This document shows positions 41,820 to 55,949 of a stretch of 64,000 bases of DNA, piece by piece. The notes below the pieces were generated by a model that saw only the letters and a list, made by a program, of their open reading frames with translations, was not told the origin of the DNA and made no database searches. Within the stretch, counting starts at the first letter, position 1; each line of letters opens with the position of its first letter. The stretch is from the human T2T-CHM13v2.0 reference genome, Homo sapiens: NCBI RefSeq assembly GCF_009914755.1, contig NC_060939.1, one strand, 5' to 3'. The position numbers and the translations under genes are program-made.

Positions 41820-42780
41820 ATTCCTACACAGGGCACCTGCTTCAGGCTTCAGGCGCCTCATCAAGCTCCAGGGACTCTCATCCATTTTCTTCTTTCCCAT
41901 CATATGCTCCATTACCCAGTCACCAGTTCATACATCAGTAACCACTTTTTCAAAGAAAGGTGCCTGCCCCACATGTGTTAGAAGGCCCTATTTTCAGACA
42001 CTTTGTGGTAGTGTCTTTGTGGGATCTCACTAGAGACATTTTGGAAGACATGACTTCCAGACAAGATTGAGAAACACCAGTGATGGGGAACATAAATAAT
42101 ATTTCTACATTAGGAGTGTTTTCTTAGTTCAGAGATTCTTTTGTTCAAGTTTCAAAGTTTTTTAAAGCCTTTGAGAATACCCTATGATAATTAAGTTCTC
42201 TTTATTATGCAGACTTCATCATGAATTCATGGCATCACACAGTCCCCTGATGCTATAACATCATGGATTTCTTTTGTCCAGTGAGAGGCCCAAAAGCTGC
42301 AGCATAGACAATATCATAGTGTAGAAGGTTCACTAGGTATGAAAATAAAAGCTTCTAATCATGGGGTTGTAGGCTAATTCCTGCTTACAGAGACCTGAAA
42401 TGAACCTTTAGACACCAGGCATATGAAAGTGAGGCATGTTAGTGATACAGAGTGTGTTGTGCAGAGGTGGAAATAGCCTAATAGAAAAAAGGGAAGAAGA
42501 GCACAGTACAACATAGCCCAGCCCACCATGTAGTGATCTAAGAGATGGACACGGGCTGAGTGCTGACTTTGCATCTGTACTGGTTAAACAAAGATCCCCA
42601 CAGCAGGGAGGACTGTCCCCTCATCACCCACATAGCTCCCCGTTCACAGGCCACACCACTTTACGGGAGAGCACCAGGGTTGTTCCAGGAACAGTGTCCA
42701 CAAAGCTTACTAAGCCATGGGACTGTGTGCTACACTCCCAAGGACATCCACGAAGTTAGGACTCTTTTTGCTTTTTCAGA
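41820..42780 (+). pseudogene. FRG2-like gene relic, copy B
   Basis: PIICSITQSP vs FRG2 SIQCSTDQPP, and FFKER vs PFKEK. AG/GT-bounded segment 42213-42336. PQQ..DCPL vs AQQIHSPL. Confidence 0.6.
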
Positions 42781-43027
42781 CCGTGATCATGGGCTACATT
42801 CTCCGTACCAGCTTCATAGCTCCAGTGAGAAAATAAATTCCTGCATCCAGGAGATGTGGAGTAAGAGATACAGCTGCCCTTGACCATATTTCTTACTTCC
42901 GAGAAGATCGTAGCAGTAATTCAGGTGCTATTATTTGGGACATTTATAATTCAATAAACCTTCTTACCCCTCTGAGCTTACAATTCACCCCATAGGAAGG
43001 AGAGCCTCATTTAAATTGATAATCTCA

Positions 43028-43328
<301 letters not shown>

Positions 43329-43449
43329 TTAGTAAATGGAAGTTTGCTCGTTTCATTTCATTATAAGAGGAGTTTCTATAAGGTAAGTGACTTGTCAAAT
43401 CCCATTTTTCTCTTCATTTCTATGCATACATATGGTCTGTTATGATGTG

Positions 43450-44480
43450 TACTGTGAAGATCATTCATCACCAAACTATTCAGGAAAAACAAAATCACCA
43501 AGTGGCAGGCCATGAAGGAGATGGAAGTAGATGTGTCTAAGGAGAGACTCATCTCTAGGTAGCAAGAGGGTCAATGAGTTCTGAATGCCCAGGGTTAAGA
43601 TAGGAAAGGTGATAGACACAAAACTGTGCTACCGTGATATCCCTGGCATAAAGAACAAACACAGTGCTGAGCACCGAGCTCCCAAACTCTACCACCATAG
43701 CATGGAAGTTATGATTTCTCACAAGACAGTAAACCACCTGTGACCACATTGTACTGAGGCTGGATTGGCCACTAGAATTCTCAGAAAGATGCTATTGAAA
43801 ACATCTCATTGTCTGACCACATCATGAGGCCTGAACCCAACCCCTCTCCACCCTGTACCCTGAATGGAGAATAAAGCTTAAAAGGTGCATGACTCCTATA
43901 TTTGAAATTAGGGCTTTCTGTTCACTGAACTGAGCCCTCGTAGAAGCTGAAACTCTCAGTGCAAATATGCTCAACATTCTAAATTATAAATTATGTGAGT
44001 TTCTTCTTCATGCAGTACAGTCTTCAGGGAACACCAAGGCCTGTTTGATTTTCCAAGTATCAACAAGTGGAGTTGACAAGAGTGACAAGTGGTCAGAGCA
44101 AAGCATTTCATGATGACTGTAACGTGCCTGTGTCAGCAGCGACTGCTTACAGTGAGATTCACATGACCATCGTTTATGACATAGGAAGAATAAAAGGAGA
44201 GAGAGAGAGAAAGATAGGTAGTTGATCAAAATGAAGAATTGGATTTGGAAAGCAACTTCGAATAGTCTCTGCTTATATTTCTGAGATTAAGGCAAACAGT
44301 CTCAAGGTAAGTATTTCTGTCTTGAGAGAGCTGCACTCTGCAACTCTGTAAACTTTCAAGTAACACTTTACCACTTCTATCTTCCTTCTCCATGGGATCT
44401 TTGAGCCATGATTTATAAAATTACCTCTACTTCTGTGTTTCATTTTTGTAGTATCTAATATTCTCTTGAGGTCTCTCTTG
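43450..44480 (+). pseudogene. AGGF1-like processed pseudogene relic, copy B
   Basis: Colinear with copies A and C. VTSGQSKAFH (about 44082-44111) vs AGGF1 OCRE-end VESGRYQFH. Confidence 0.5.
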
Positions 44481-44635
44481 GGACAATGGCTTCAAATTAT
44501 AACGCTGTCTAACAGGACCCCAGGATATTGGTCCTGGATGTTGACAGTGCACCTTTCATAGGATACTTATTTATCCTGGTAGATGACTCAATGTCTAATT
44601 GTCCAATCCTTGACCAGGCATCCTTCTTACTGTAA

Positions 44636-45062
44636 TTTGTTTTTATTTCCATAGGTTATTGGGGAACAGGTGGTTTGGGTTACATGAGTAAGTTGTTTAG
44701 TGGTGATTTGTGAGATTTTGGTGCACCCATCACCTGAGCAGTATACACTGCACCCTATTTGTAGTTTTTGATCCCTCACCCCCTTCCCACCCTTTTCTCC
44801 TGAGTTCCCAGAGTCCATTGTGTCATTCTTATGCCTTTGCATCCTCATAACTTAGCTCCCACTTATGAGTGAGATCCTACGATGTTTGGTGTTCTATTCC
44901 TGAGTTACTTCACTTAGAATAATAATCTCTAATCTCATCCAGGTTGCTGCAAAAGCCATTAACTCATTCCTTTTTATGGTTGAGTAGTAGTCCATTATAT
45001 ATATATATATATATACCGCAGTTTCCTTATCCATTCATTGATTGATGGGCATTGAGGTTGGA
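44636..45062 (-). mobile_element. L1PB-type 3' fragment
   Basis: GGTTATTGGGGAACAGGTGGT...GATTTTGGTGCACCCATCACC. TSD TTACTGTAA at 44627 and 45063. Confidence 0.9.
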
Positions 45063-46099
45063 TTACTGTAACCTTTTAAATACTGTCAGATGCCCTTATG
45101 GCACTTTTCAGAACCGTGACCACTACATTCATATCAACACAACCACTTTCTAGGAAAACTCTGAATTGGAAAAATGTTAAGTTCAGGTGTGTTGGTCATG
45201 AGAGACACAGAGGAGGCCACTCAATAGAGCACATGAAATAACGTAAGCAGTGTATTTCTTACAGGTGAGGTTCACTGGGCACCATCGTAGGGTCTACCTG
45301 ACACATCAAGTATTCTCCAATCTGCAGATTTCTCAGTCTTCACTTATTTTTTGTGAACTTGACTTTTTTGAAAAGTACAGGTCAGATATTTTGTAGGTTT
45401 TCCCACAATATGAATTTGTCTCATGATTTCTCATGATTAAACTAGGGACATAAATACATTAAAACCATGCATGTATGTTTGAAGACCAGAAAAATAAACA
45501 TTACAGATATTAGAAATATAAACATAGAGGTAAATATAATAAACACAAACTAGAGGATAACAAGTAATTCACAGTAATAACTACTTTCAGTGATTAAGGA
45601 AGATGGTGAAGCTCAGGAGATGCACTAAGGGCCATCAGACATATTGCTCATGTTGTTTTATAAGGTCAGCAGTGACTTTAAAGATAAAGAAAGCTTATAA
45701 ATTTAAGAATGGTTTTAGGTTTACAGAACAGTTGTAAATGTAGTACATAGAATTTCCATATATCCCACGAAGTTTCCATTTTTATGAAATTCTTACATTA
45801 ATGTAGGACATTTGTCACAACCAATCAGTTTTATAACACTATAACTACTCTTTATACTTTACTCACTTTTTTTTAGTTTTTACTTAATGTCCTGTTTCTA
45901 TTCCAGAATCTCATCCAGGATACCTCATCACAGGTACATGTCATGTCTCCTTAGAATTCTCTGACTGTCACAGTTTTTCGGAGTTTCCTTATTTTTGATG
46001 CCATTAATATTACTAATGTGGGATTTGTCTGATGTTTCTCTAATGATAAGACTGGATTTGTGGGTTTAGGGGAGGAAGATCACGAGGAAAAGTGTCATT

Positions 46100-46452
46100 T
46101 TTATTTATTTATTTATTTATTTAATTTTGAGACAGTGTCTCACTCTCTCTCCCAGGCTGGAGTGCAGTGTCATGAGCTTGGCTCACTACAGCCTCCATCT
46201 TCTGTGCTTAAGGATCCTTCCCTCTCAACCTCCAAGGTAGCTGAGACTACAGGTATGTGCCACCATGCTGGACTAATTTATTGTTGTTGTTGTTGTTTGT
46301 TAGATTTTTGGTAGAGGCAAGGTTTCACCATGTTGCCCAGGCCAGAGTCAAACTCCTGGGCTCAAGTGATATTTATTTTGTTATAGAGATGGGGTCTTAA
46401 TGTGGTGCCCAGGCTAGTCTGGGATTACAGGTGTGAGCCACTGTGCCTTGCC
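46100..46452 (-). mobile_element. AluJ-type SINE
   Basis: Reverse-complement Alu with (TTTA)n head. Confidence 0.88.
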
Positions 46453-46694
46453 AAAAACTGCCATTCTCATCATATCGTACCAAGAGTACAAACTCAACAA
46501 GGGTACAAACTGTCAACCAGAGTAGACATTCATTATTGGCAGAATGTCTACAAATTCCTTTAAACCTTCACCATAAACATGTGCCTACTCTCTTCCAATT
46601 ATTTCATGTGTATTAATTTATTCATTTATACATGCATCTTTTATTTATATCATTATCTAAATATGGAGATTTATTTTACAATGCGTATGTGCTA

Positions 46695-47080
<386 letters not shown>

Positions 47081-47755
47081 TAATTAAAGTTTGATGTTGT
47101 GTGGTTGGTTGGTTTTGTTGTTGTTTGGCATTTTCTTTTGTTCAGTCACTATTATATGCTCCAGTCTATGAATTTAATTGTGCTCCAGGGTAATTTGGTA
47201 ATTTTATAATTTCTACGAATGTTTCCAACACCATATGACCTAATCCAGCACCATATAAATGGATCCACTCATTCTCTCATTTGTATGTAATCTAGCACTC
47301 CCTGCAAGCAAGTTGATGTTGTTAATTTAATCATGCTACCTGAACAAGGTATATTGCTATGTAGAAAAATACAAGTTGAAACAGTCAAAATACTGTGTAA
47401 TTCCATTCATATGACTCTGTAGAAAAGGAAAAAGTGTAGTGATAGTAGAGTTCAGTGGTAACAAGGGGCTTGGGAGAGATATAGGTGACATCAGTGAACT
47501 ACCGAAGATTTCTTTTGGGCAGTGAAATTCCTCTTTGATACTGTAACGGTGGATACATCATAATGTTTTCCAAATCCTGAAGAACTTTGTAACACAAAGA
47601 GTGTAGCTAATTTATGCAAATTAAAAACCTTATTTAGGAGGTCACAAGTTTGCCTTTTCACAGTATTTTACCTTTTCCAACTTATATTTTTTAGCAATAT
47701 GCTTTTTAGATTTTTGAAGTACACCTCATGGTTTTTAGATTTGCCTTCACCTAAT

Positions 47756-48276
47756 TGTTGTAGGACAGGTGAGTCACACAATTGGGGCTTATCCTGAGAG
47801 GGTTATTAGCTTTGTCCAGGAAAGAATTTAAGGGCAAGTGGGTGATGTTAGACTGCAATATTTTATTGAATGGTACTGCTCCTAGCAGAGCAGGGCTAAC
47901 TCTTAAGCAGTGTGTTCAGAGTTGGCAACATATAGGCCTCCTGGCAACTGTGTTTATATGCAATCAAACCCACTTTTAATTATATGCAAATTGAGGGGCA
48001 GATCAATGCAAATTGAGGCAGGAAAGGGGCAGTGACTTCTAGGTTGTCTCCATGGAAAGGGGCAGTAACTTCTGAGCTGTAGCCATGGAATTTGTAAACA
48101 GTTATGTGGTTGGTAGGAGTGTCATATGAGTGACAAATGAAGACTGCCAGGGATCACATTTACCACAATGTACACGCTTCTGTCAGTTTTTTCCCTTTAT
48201 CCTGTCTGGAGCAGATCTTATTTTGGTCATCAAGGTTGTGAAACCAGAAAACAAGTCCTTCCAGTCTCCTACCTCA
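47756..48276 (-). mobile_element. MER66-like solo LTR
   Basis: Minus start TGAGGTAGGAGACTGGAAGGACTTGTTTTCTGG; AATAAA on the minus strand near 47865. Confidence 0.75.
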
Positions 48277-50629
48277 TAATGACAAAAGACATTGAGCATA
48301 ATTTCATGTGATTTTGGATATGACTATGGCTTTCTTTTGAGAGTTGGCTATTTAAGATTTTGCCATTTTTGATTGGGATATTTGCCTTTTTAATTTTGAG
48401 TTGTAAGACATTGTATATTCTGGATAATAGACCATTATCACCTATAAAATTTGCAATTTTCACATATTTTCTGCCATTCTTTGGGTGCCTCTTTATATTT
48501 GATGGTGGACTTTAAATTGCAAAAGATTTTAATTCTAATGAAGTTTAATATTTCTATATTTTCTTCTTTCCTTTGTGCTTTTCAGTGTCATATCTTAAAA
48601 CATTGTTTAACCAGAGACCACAAAGATGTATTCCTGTGTTCCTTTTTATGGGTTGGCCCTGTTTAGCTCTTATATTTAGATGGATTATCATTTTGAGTCA
48701 ATTATGTTTCTGGTATGAGGCAAGAGTCTAACTTGCATGTGGATATCCACTTGACCCACAAACATTTGACAAGAAAATATTGCTTCATACCTAATTTATT
48801 TGGCCACAGTATAAAAGCATTTCACCATAAATGTAGGGATTCATTTTTCAGTATTATATTCTCTACTCCATTGATCAATACATATATCCCTATACTAGTA
48901 CCACAAATCTTGATTACTATTACTTTGTAGTAAGTTTTGCAATCAAGAAGCATATGTCTACTATGCAAACCCTTTTTGTCCTTCTCAAGAGTGTTTTGGC
49001 TGCTCATGATCTATATTATATATAATTTTAGGATAAACTTCTGAATTTAGGGGAAGGTAATGCCACCTGGTGTTTTGAGAGAAGTTGCATTAATTCTATA
49101 GATCCATTTGGAAAATATTGCCAACCTAACAATATGCATTCTGTAGTTTTTAGTGTACATATCTTATACTTAATTTGATAAGGTTATTCCTAAGTATTTT
49201 TGATGTGATCTTAATTGGAACGATTTTCTGAGTTTTGTTTTTAGATTGTTAATTGCTAGTATAGAGAAATTTAAAATATTTTATATATTTTATATGCTGC
49301 AAACTTCTTTGAACTCATCTTTAAATTCTAAACATATTTGATAGAGTCCTTTGGACTTTTTATACATGAGATCATGTCATTTGCAAACAGTCGGAGTTTG
49401 ACTTCCTTTCCATACTAGAAACGTTATATTTATTTTTCTAAATGAATTGCCCTGTCTACATTCTCCAGTACAATGTTGCGAACAAGTGTCAACAGTGGAA
49501 ATATTTGACTTCTTTCTAATATCAGAGAAATTAGTGAACCTTTCAGATTACTTATGATGATATGTGAGCTTTTCATAGATGCCCTTTGAAATGAAGAAAG
49601 TTCTCTTATCTGCCTAATTTGCTGCATGTTTTTATAATACTGAATCTGGGAATTTTCAAGTGCTTGTTGCACACCTTCTGAGACGATTGTGTAGTTTTTA
49701 TTCTTTATTAATATAGTGTATGACATTAATTGTATCATATGTTGAACCAAATTTGCATTCCTGAGGTAAATACCTTTTGCCATAGTTTATAATACTTTCT
49801 ACATGTTGCTGATTTCATTTGATAATATCTCGCTGCTGATTTTTGTCTCTGTATTTATAAGGCATATTGGTCTTCATTCTCCTTATTTGAAATGTCTTTG
49901 TGTAGTTGTTCAATCAGGGTAAACTAATTCATAGTATACAATGGGAAGTGATCTATTTTCTACTTCTTTATTATTATTGTATTGTTTTGAAATATTTTTG
50001 ATAAATTAGTATTAATTTTAAGTGATTTTAATAACACATCAATGAGTTCCTGATGAGGGCAGGGAGGTGAATCCTAAGAACAATCATGTGAGTTTGGAAG
50101 GAGACCCTTCCCCAGCTGAGCCTCAGCCTGAGCCATCCCCTACATCTAGACCGAAGACCCAGAGAAACCGTGAGTAGTATGTGTGTGGTTCTGAGCCACT
50201 AAGGTATGTAGTAATTTGTTATGCACCAAGTAGTAAGTAATATACCTGACAGTAATTGTTAGGTGGTATTCTGGATTAGGTCCTGGAATAGATAAGTATA
50301 TGATTATTAGAAAACCTGGTAAAATATGAAGGAAGTTTGTAGATCAGTTAATAGTCTTGAAAAACAGTTAAATTCTTAGTTTTCATGAATATGCTATGGT
50401 TACAATATATATTAACATTCTAGTTATCTGAATGGTATATGAAACTGTCTGTACTTACCTATGTGCATTTATGTAAATCTGCAGTTATTTCAAAATAAAT
50501 ATGTTTTTTAATATTATTATTATTTTTTTAAGAAAAGTAAGCAAGTAAAGACATCAGCAAAAAACTTTTGCCTCCAGATACAAGTGGGCATGTAGGGAGA
50601 GAATAGTAAACTGGCTTTTCTTTTCTTTT

Positions 50630-51535
50630 CTAGGCAACATTCGAAACCCAGGTGCCACTCCTTCAGGAAGGTACCATCAAGCTCCAAGGACTCATCCTCT
50701 TTCTCCTTCCCCACTACCTAGTCATTAGAGCGTCAGCATCCACTTCCTGAAAGGAAGATGCCTGTTTTTCACATATCCCAGAAAGCCTCATTTTAGGACA
50801 GCATTTAGCAGAGTGTATTCAGGATCCCACTAACCTTTTCGGAAGACATGACTTCCAGATGATATAAGGCAAGAATAAGAAATTTCAGTGACAGGGAACA
50901 GAAATCATATTTCTGCATTCAGGATCATGTTTTCTTGGTACGGGGATTTCTTCTTCAAGTAACCCAAGGTCAACTTTACCTTCAAACCTTTCAGAAAACC
51001 TGTTCTAATTTAGTTCTCTTCATTCTACAGGCTCCATCAGGAACTGTGCAGGACTGTGCACTCTGTTGATACTCACATGGTGGAATTATATTGCCCTTGG
51101 CCAACCCTAAAGCCATCAAGATAGCAGGTAAGCAGAGTACAAAAAATATTTCTAATAAGTTGCTTTAGGGCAGTCCCTGCTTCCAGAGGCCTGGGAATAA
51201 AACTTTATAACAGAGTTTTTGCAGGTGAATGCTACTGAGTGATACATACATGTTGGGCACAAGAAGAGAAATCTCAGTAGGCAAAAAAACAATAAAATAA
51301 AATAACAGTATATAGCATATCTCCAACCCTCCATGCAGTGATCTGAGAGACAGAAACAGGCTGACTGATGACTCTGCATGTGTACTGGCTGCCCACTAAT
51401 TCTCCACACAGCTTCCTATTAAGAGGCCATTGCACTCTTCTTAGTAGCAGCAGAGTTGTTTTCAGGAACCATGCCTAAAAGGCCTACAAAGCCATGGAAC
51501 TACATATTGAACTCCCATTGACATCCATAAATCTT
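50630..51535 (+). pseudogene. FRG2-like gene relic, copy C
   Basis: FSHIPESLILGQ (50766-50801) vs FRG2 FSHSSEKHIQRQ. HQELCR (51035-51052) vs Y(R/Q)ENCR. Exon-like 51031-51127 ending CAAGATAGCAG/GTAAGC. Confidence 0.62.
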
Positions 51536-51544
51536 GAATAGCAG

Positions 51545-53000
51545 GATGTCACAGGCACAGATGACAAAGTGCTGAGCACTGAGTCCCTAGACAAACTTTA
51601 ACTGCATGGAAGATATGATTTCTCACAGTATCCTAAATCAACAGTTGTATAGAGGCTGGTCTGGACACCACAAGTCTACAAAAGATGCTGTTGTAAACAA
51701 ACCACATTTTTAGACGACATCATGAGGCAAACCCAGTGCTCTGTCTCCACACTCTAACCTGATAAGAAGATTGAGTTCAAGGAAGGAATGTCTCATATAT
51801 GTAATGACATGACTTTGTGTTTACTTAATTCAACCTTCCCGGAGTCAAAAACTCCAGGTGAAATTTCAGTCAACCCCCTTAACTGTGACTGTATGAGTTT
51901 TTTTATCACTCAGTGTACTCATGAGGGGACACCGAAACCAATTCCAATATCCAAGTACCCAAAGTAGAGTTGACCAGAGTAGCAAGGGGACGGATCAAAA
52001 TATCTTATAAAGACCATTATGCATTCACTTCTACAGTGACTAATCATAAGGTGCTTTCTACGATCACCAGCCATGTGATTAAAAGGACAAATGTGAATGA
52101 AGAAAAAGATACACAAATGTTACACCTAAAATAATGGAATCTGTAATGAAGTTTACAGGAAGCGTTGCTCATATTTCTAAGATTAAAGCTTAAAGTTTCA
52201 AAATACAGCTTTTTCCAGGTCTTTAGAGAGCTACCACGCCAGTGAATTTTTCAAGTAGCTCTTTACAATTTTCATCTCTGTCTTCAATGGATTTCTTAAA
52301 CCATGGTTCATAGAACTATATTTCCATACGTGACATAAGAATTCTAGTACTCCACTAACAACTCTAATGTGTCTAAAATTATAAATGCAGTTTATAACAC
52401 CTCTCTGGACACTCACTTTAATTGGAAGTGGACAAACTGGACTTCCCTAATGGAGGACAGCGGTGAAGCTTCCAGGTAGAATATAAATGCAGTTTATAAA
52501 TTTATGTGATAAGATTTAAGCATATTTCCTCAATAACAAACAAGAGTATAGCCAATGAGCCACCATAATTTAACACTGAGAAATGAGCAGTCACAGAGAA
52601 CACAGTGTATTCCATTCATCGTAGAGTGCACATTTTCACATCTATCAAATGCAGATGCATCTTAAATTTGAAAGTGTTAAAACACTATTGATGAGAAGGC
52701 AGTCATAAAGTGATTGTCCTCATTTACCTGTGTATGAGCTTGGTCTGCAAACCTCCTGTCGACGTTTTTGGGTGATATCATCAGCATCAGCATCAAATCT
52801 TGCATAGGAGGTTTCAGAAGGTTGAAAATAGAAACTCGCAGGAGCAACATAGGAATATCACAGGAAATGCAGCATCACCAAAGCTTCAGATTAGCACAAA
52901 TGATGATAACATGGGTAACACCATGAGCAAGATGAATTGAAGAGTGATTCAGGAGAGTTGGATCTGAATGGGAGAAAATTTAGGAAAACCTTTGTTGGTG
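51545..53000 (+). pseudogene. AGGF1-like processed pseudogene relic, copy C (longest contiguous copy)
   Basis: Ordered anchors NQQ..IEA (vs DQQDQAIET), QV..KDA (vs QVENDA), NEEKD at 52096-52110 (identical), ATI (vs PATIG) and VGSE at 52957-52968 (identical), at roughly intronless CDS spacing. Confidence 0.62.
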
Positions 53001-53124
53001 TATTTTCCTTATATGTTCCATCCCATGTAATCATAGGAGTGACAAAAGACGAGAAATATCCACATATATATGTTTTGAAAACAGCTTTTTTTCCAGTAAT
53101 TATAATATAATGATGTTATTAGAG

Positions 53125-53236
53125 GAGGTCTGTCTTTGTTGCCTAGGCTGCTCTAGAATTCCTGGCCTTAAGCAATCCACCCTCCTTAGTCTCCCAAAGC
53201 ATAGGAATTGCAAGCATGATCCATTGTGCCTGGCCC
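53125..53236 (-). mobile_element. Alu left monomer (FLAM-like)
   Basis: TGTTGCCTAGGCTG...CTCCCAAAG...TGTGCCTGGCC. Confidence 0.8.
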
Positions 53237-53439
53237 AGGGCCTGTTCTTTTAACCACTGAGCTGCTCTATAATGAGGTGAAAGAAGTTCAGAGCTGCATG
53301 CCTTGCACCTACAGCAATCCTTTCAGCTGTACCTTGAATGAGGCTGTGGATATACAACTTTAGAGCGTTGCCATTGACTCTGAAATCTCTACGTCCTTGT
53401 GAATCTTAGGCAGTCTCCCAACACCACTACCCACTTTAT

Positions 53440-53660
53440 GTATTCAGTATCTTTGACAACAGCCAATGTTGTTGAAAACCTGGAGAGGCAGCCTTGGCTC
53501 CCTCCTGCCCTGCTGTAGATGATCCTGTGAACAGGGTCCCCCTCCAGACCATGCCCAACAGAGGCAGGTTCACAGGGGAGCCTCTGAGCTCAGAGCCTCT
53601 CTGGGGGCTCTGCATGCACAAGGACAGCAGCTCCCTGCCTTGGTTGTGGGTTGAGGTAGG
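53440..53660 (+). pseudogene. FRG2-like last-exon relic, copy E
   Basis: CAGGGT...CCAGACCATGCC matches 25296-25320. FTGEPLSSEPLWGLCMH resembles FRG2 LTCEQLTLLTRLRGPLCAQ. Confidence 0.45.
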
Positions 53661-54899
53661 GAATTCAAGTCTTTTAAAAAAGGCTGAGTTTGTTCAAAAA
53701 TGATTCTGCTTGCTTACCAATGACACCTTAAGACTTTAGATTTTACGTTGTGATATTTCTCCTTGATTTTGATTTAATTTGTTGTGCAAATGTCTTAAAC
53801 ACTTGTGTATAAATATTCTCTTTTTTTGGTCATGTAAATATCATCTAAAACCAAATATTTATTTTTGTATTGTAGATTTAAGGCCTTTATTTCTCTATTT
53901 TAAAAATGCATTCATAATTATTTTTCAATGAACCATATCAATTATTTTCATCTTTACTTCTATTGCTCTTTCATAAATTGAATGTTAATATCACTTTATT
54001 AGAAATGACAGATGATACACATTCTATTTTATGATTTTCCAGAAATTTTCTCTTAAATAGCTCTGGTTAAAAAGAAGGACAGAAACTATTCTGTAAGCCA
54101 CAAGGCAAAATTGTCCCACATTAAGAAGATCTTCTTATGCTTAAAAAGATCTGTCAAACTTTCTATTCTATGGCTTAGTTTGCTGTACATGTGAAAGGTC
54201 AACAAGGTATTGATTTGTGTGGCAGGAAAGTTAGACTTTACATCTGAATGCAAGGAGCAACCTCTTCTTAACCGTGCAGGTGTGAACTTCATGATGTTTC
54301 ATTTTCTCCTTGTACAAAAGATTTAGACATTGACTGGACTCCATAATTCCTTCCACTTCACCTCCATGTACGTGTACTTGACAGTTCTCTGTATGGATCA
54401 CCCATTCTATTAGATTCTATTAGATATGAATTATTTTCTTATTTTTGATGAGTGATTATTAAATTCATTTTTAGTTCTCAGAGATGTAAAAAATACCAGT
54501 TAGAAAATGTGTACCTCATGTGCTGTAATCAGAAAATGTTTTTGTGCCATTAGCTTACAAAAAGGAATTTCAATCTTTTATTTATTATCATTTTCATCCG
54601 GCTTAATAGTCTCAAAACGTTTTCATGCTTGTGAATTTTTTAGATTTTACTTTTGTTGTCTTAGTCAAAACTTAGGCAAAGATTGGAGACGTTTGTTCAA
54701 GACGTGTGAGACATGAGCAATCAACAGAGGAAAAACATTGATATTCTATCGGGACTTTTGTTCTGTATTAACAGATGGGCACTTGTTCTGCTAGGTGTGG
54801 CTGTAGTCAGGGTCTATGGGCTTTAATAGCATAAACAGAAAATTTCATTTACAGATCCTGGTTAAAAAAATAGAAAGAAGTGTCCCTCATCTGTTATAT

Positions 54900-55469
54900 T
54901 ATAGTCAGGTACCATTGTGCTACAGAATGTAGGTTGGGCAGTGGCCACTTGTAAAATCAAATAATAAGTCAAAGGGTTGGAAAAAGAACGTGACTTTATT
55001 CCGGATTTTAGCAAGGGGAAGGGCCAGTTTCATATCTCAAGGAACCACTTCAGTTTTCTGGGCAGAAAGCAGGATTGTAAGGAGAAATTTTGGTATACAG
55101 GGCATGCAGAAGGGGCATGGAGGTGCAGGGTCTACGTGACTTGCTAGAGGACTTATCTGTAATCGTGGGTCATCTGTTAGCCTGGCCAGCATCATTAAAG
55201 ACAGAGTTGGGTTGTGGATTAACTGATGTCTTGAGACAATCTCCTTGTGGGGGAGAATTCTGAAGCATGCCTGTTTTTGTTCAACATTTTGTAATTTCTA
55301 AGCAAGCACATACTTAGATAAGCTGGCAATGCTTGCTGGTTATCTCCCTGGTGGAAAGGATGGAGGGAAAAAGGTTACATTTGCATTTCTAAGGAGCTAA
55401 GTAACAGGTGAACATAGAGGGGAAAAAAAGACAAAGATAATTTTTAGAAAAATGGGGTACTCAGTTACA
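54900..55469 (-). mobile_element. ERV1 solo LTR (related to the LTR at 27012-27639)
   Basis: Minus start TGTAACTGAGTACCCCATTTTTCT. Shares GTGACTTTATT and TTTTCTGGGCAGAAAGCAGG with 27088-27175. Confidence 0.7.
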
Positions 55470-55949
55470 ATTTAACTTAATTTCACTGCATGTAGAGAGT
55501 AACCCTATACTATATAGCCTGTGGTATGTACGTAGTGAAAAGCAGAGAAAAATATTGTTCAAATGTTAAAGAAACTGGAGATTTTTAAGGAAAACCAATA
55601 GAGGTGGAAAGCTTTATTGGTTTCTCCTCCTTTAGATGATGAACATGCTCTACTCTTGTAAGTGGATAGCTATATTTTAATTATTTCATAATGCAGTGAT
55701 TTTATGAGCAACAACTAACAGGATAACATAGGAAAGGCAGGTTGGTGTCCACGTAGGGTGACTGAATCTACTTAACACATCATTTGCTTCATTTCTAAGC
55801 AATAGCCATCCCTTCATCTTTGGACTTGTTGCCAGATCACTGAGTCATTAAAAGCTTTGTCTTTTTGCAGTAGGAAATTAGATGAAAGGGTGAAGGTGAA
55901 GTTCATTCAAATTACTTCTCTTTGTATCTTTGCTTTGTGTTTCTATACC

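Noticed and set aside
42530-42610. DPHS and GGCTGAG resembling the RARRES2 C-terminus
   Set aside because: Spacing is off, and the surrounding sequence fits the FRG2 last exon better.
50520-50714. Minus-strand ORF MGKEKED...IWRQ resembling the FRG2 N-terminus
   Set aside because: It starts at GTG, runs into an old L1 with no downstream exons, and conflicts with the multi-exon + strand matches; treated as coincidence.
51330-51385. C/D-box-like TGATGA/CTGA motifs with a CATGCAG...CTGCATG stem
   Set aside because: Boxes are in the wrong order and not conserved in paralogous copies; no snoRNA or miRNA array is supported.
52500-52570. Minus-strand LLFVIEEI resembling the V2R/class C GPCR motif FAIEEIN
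   Set aside because: The paralogous copy reads IIEKTCL, and no flanking V2R motifs are present.
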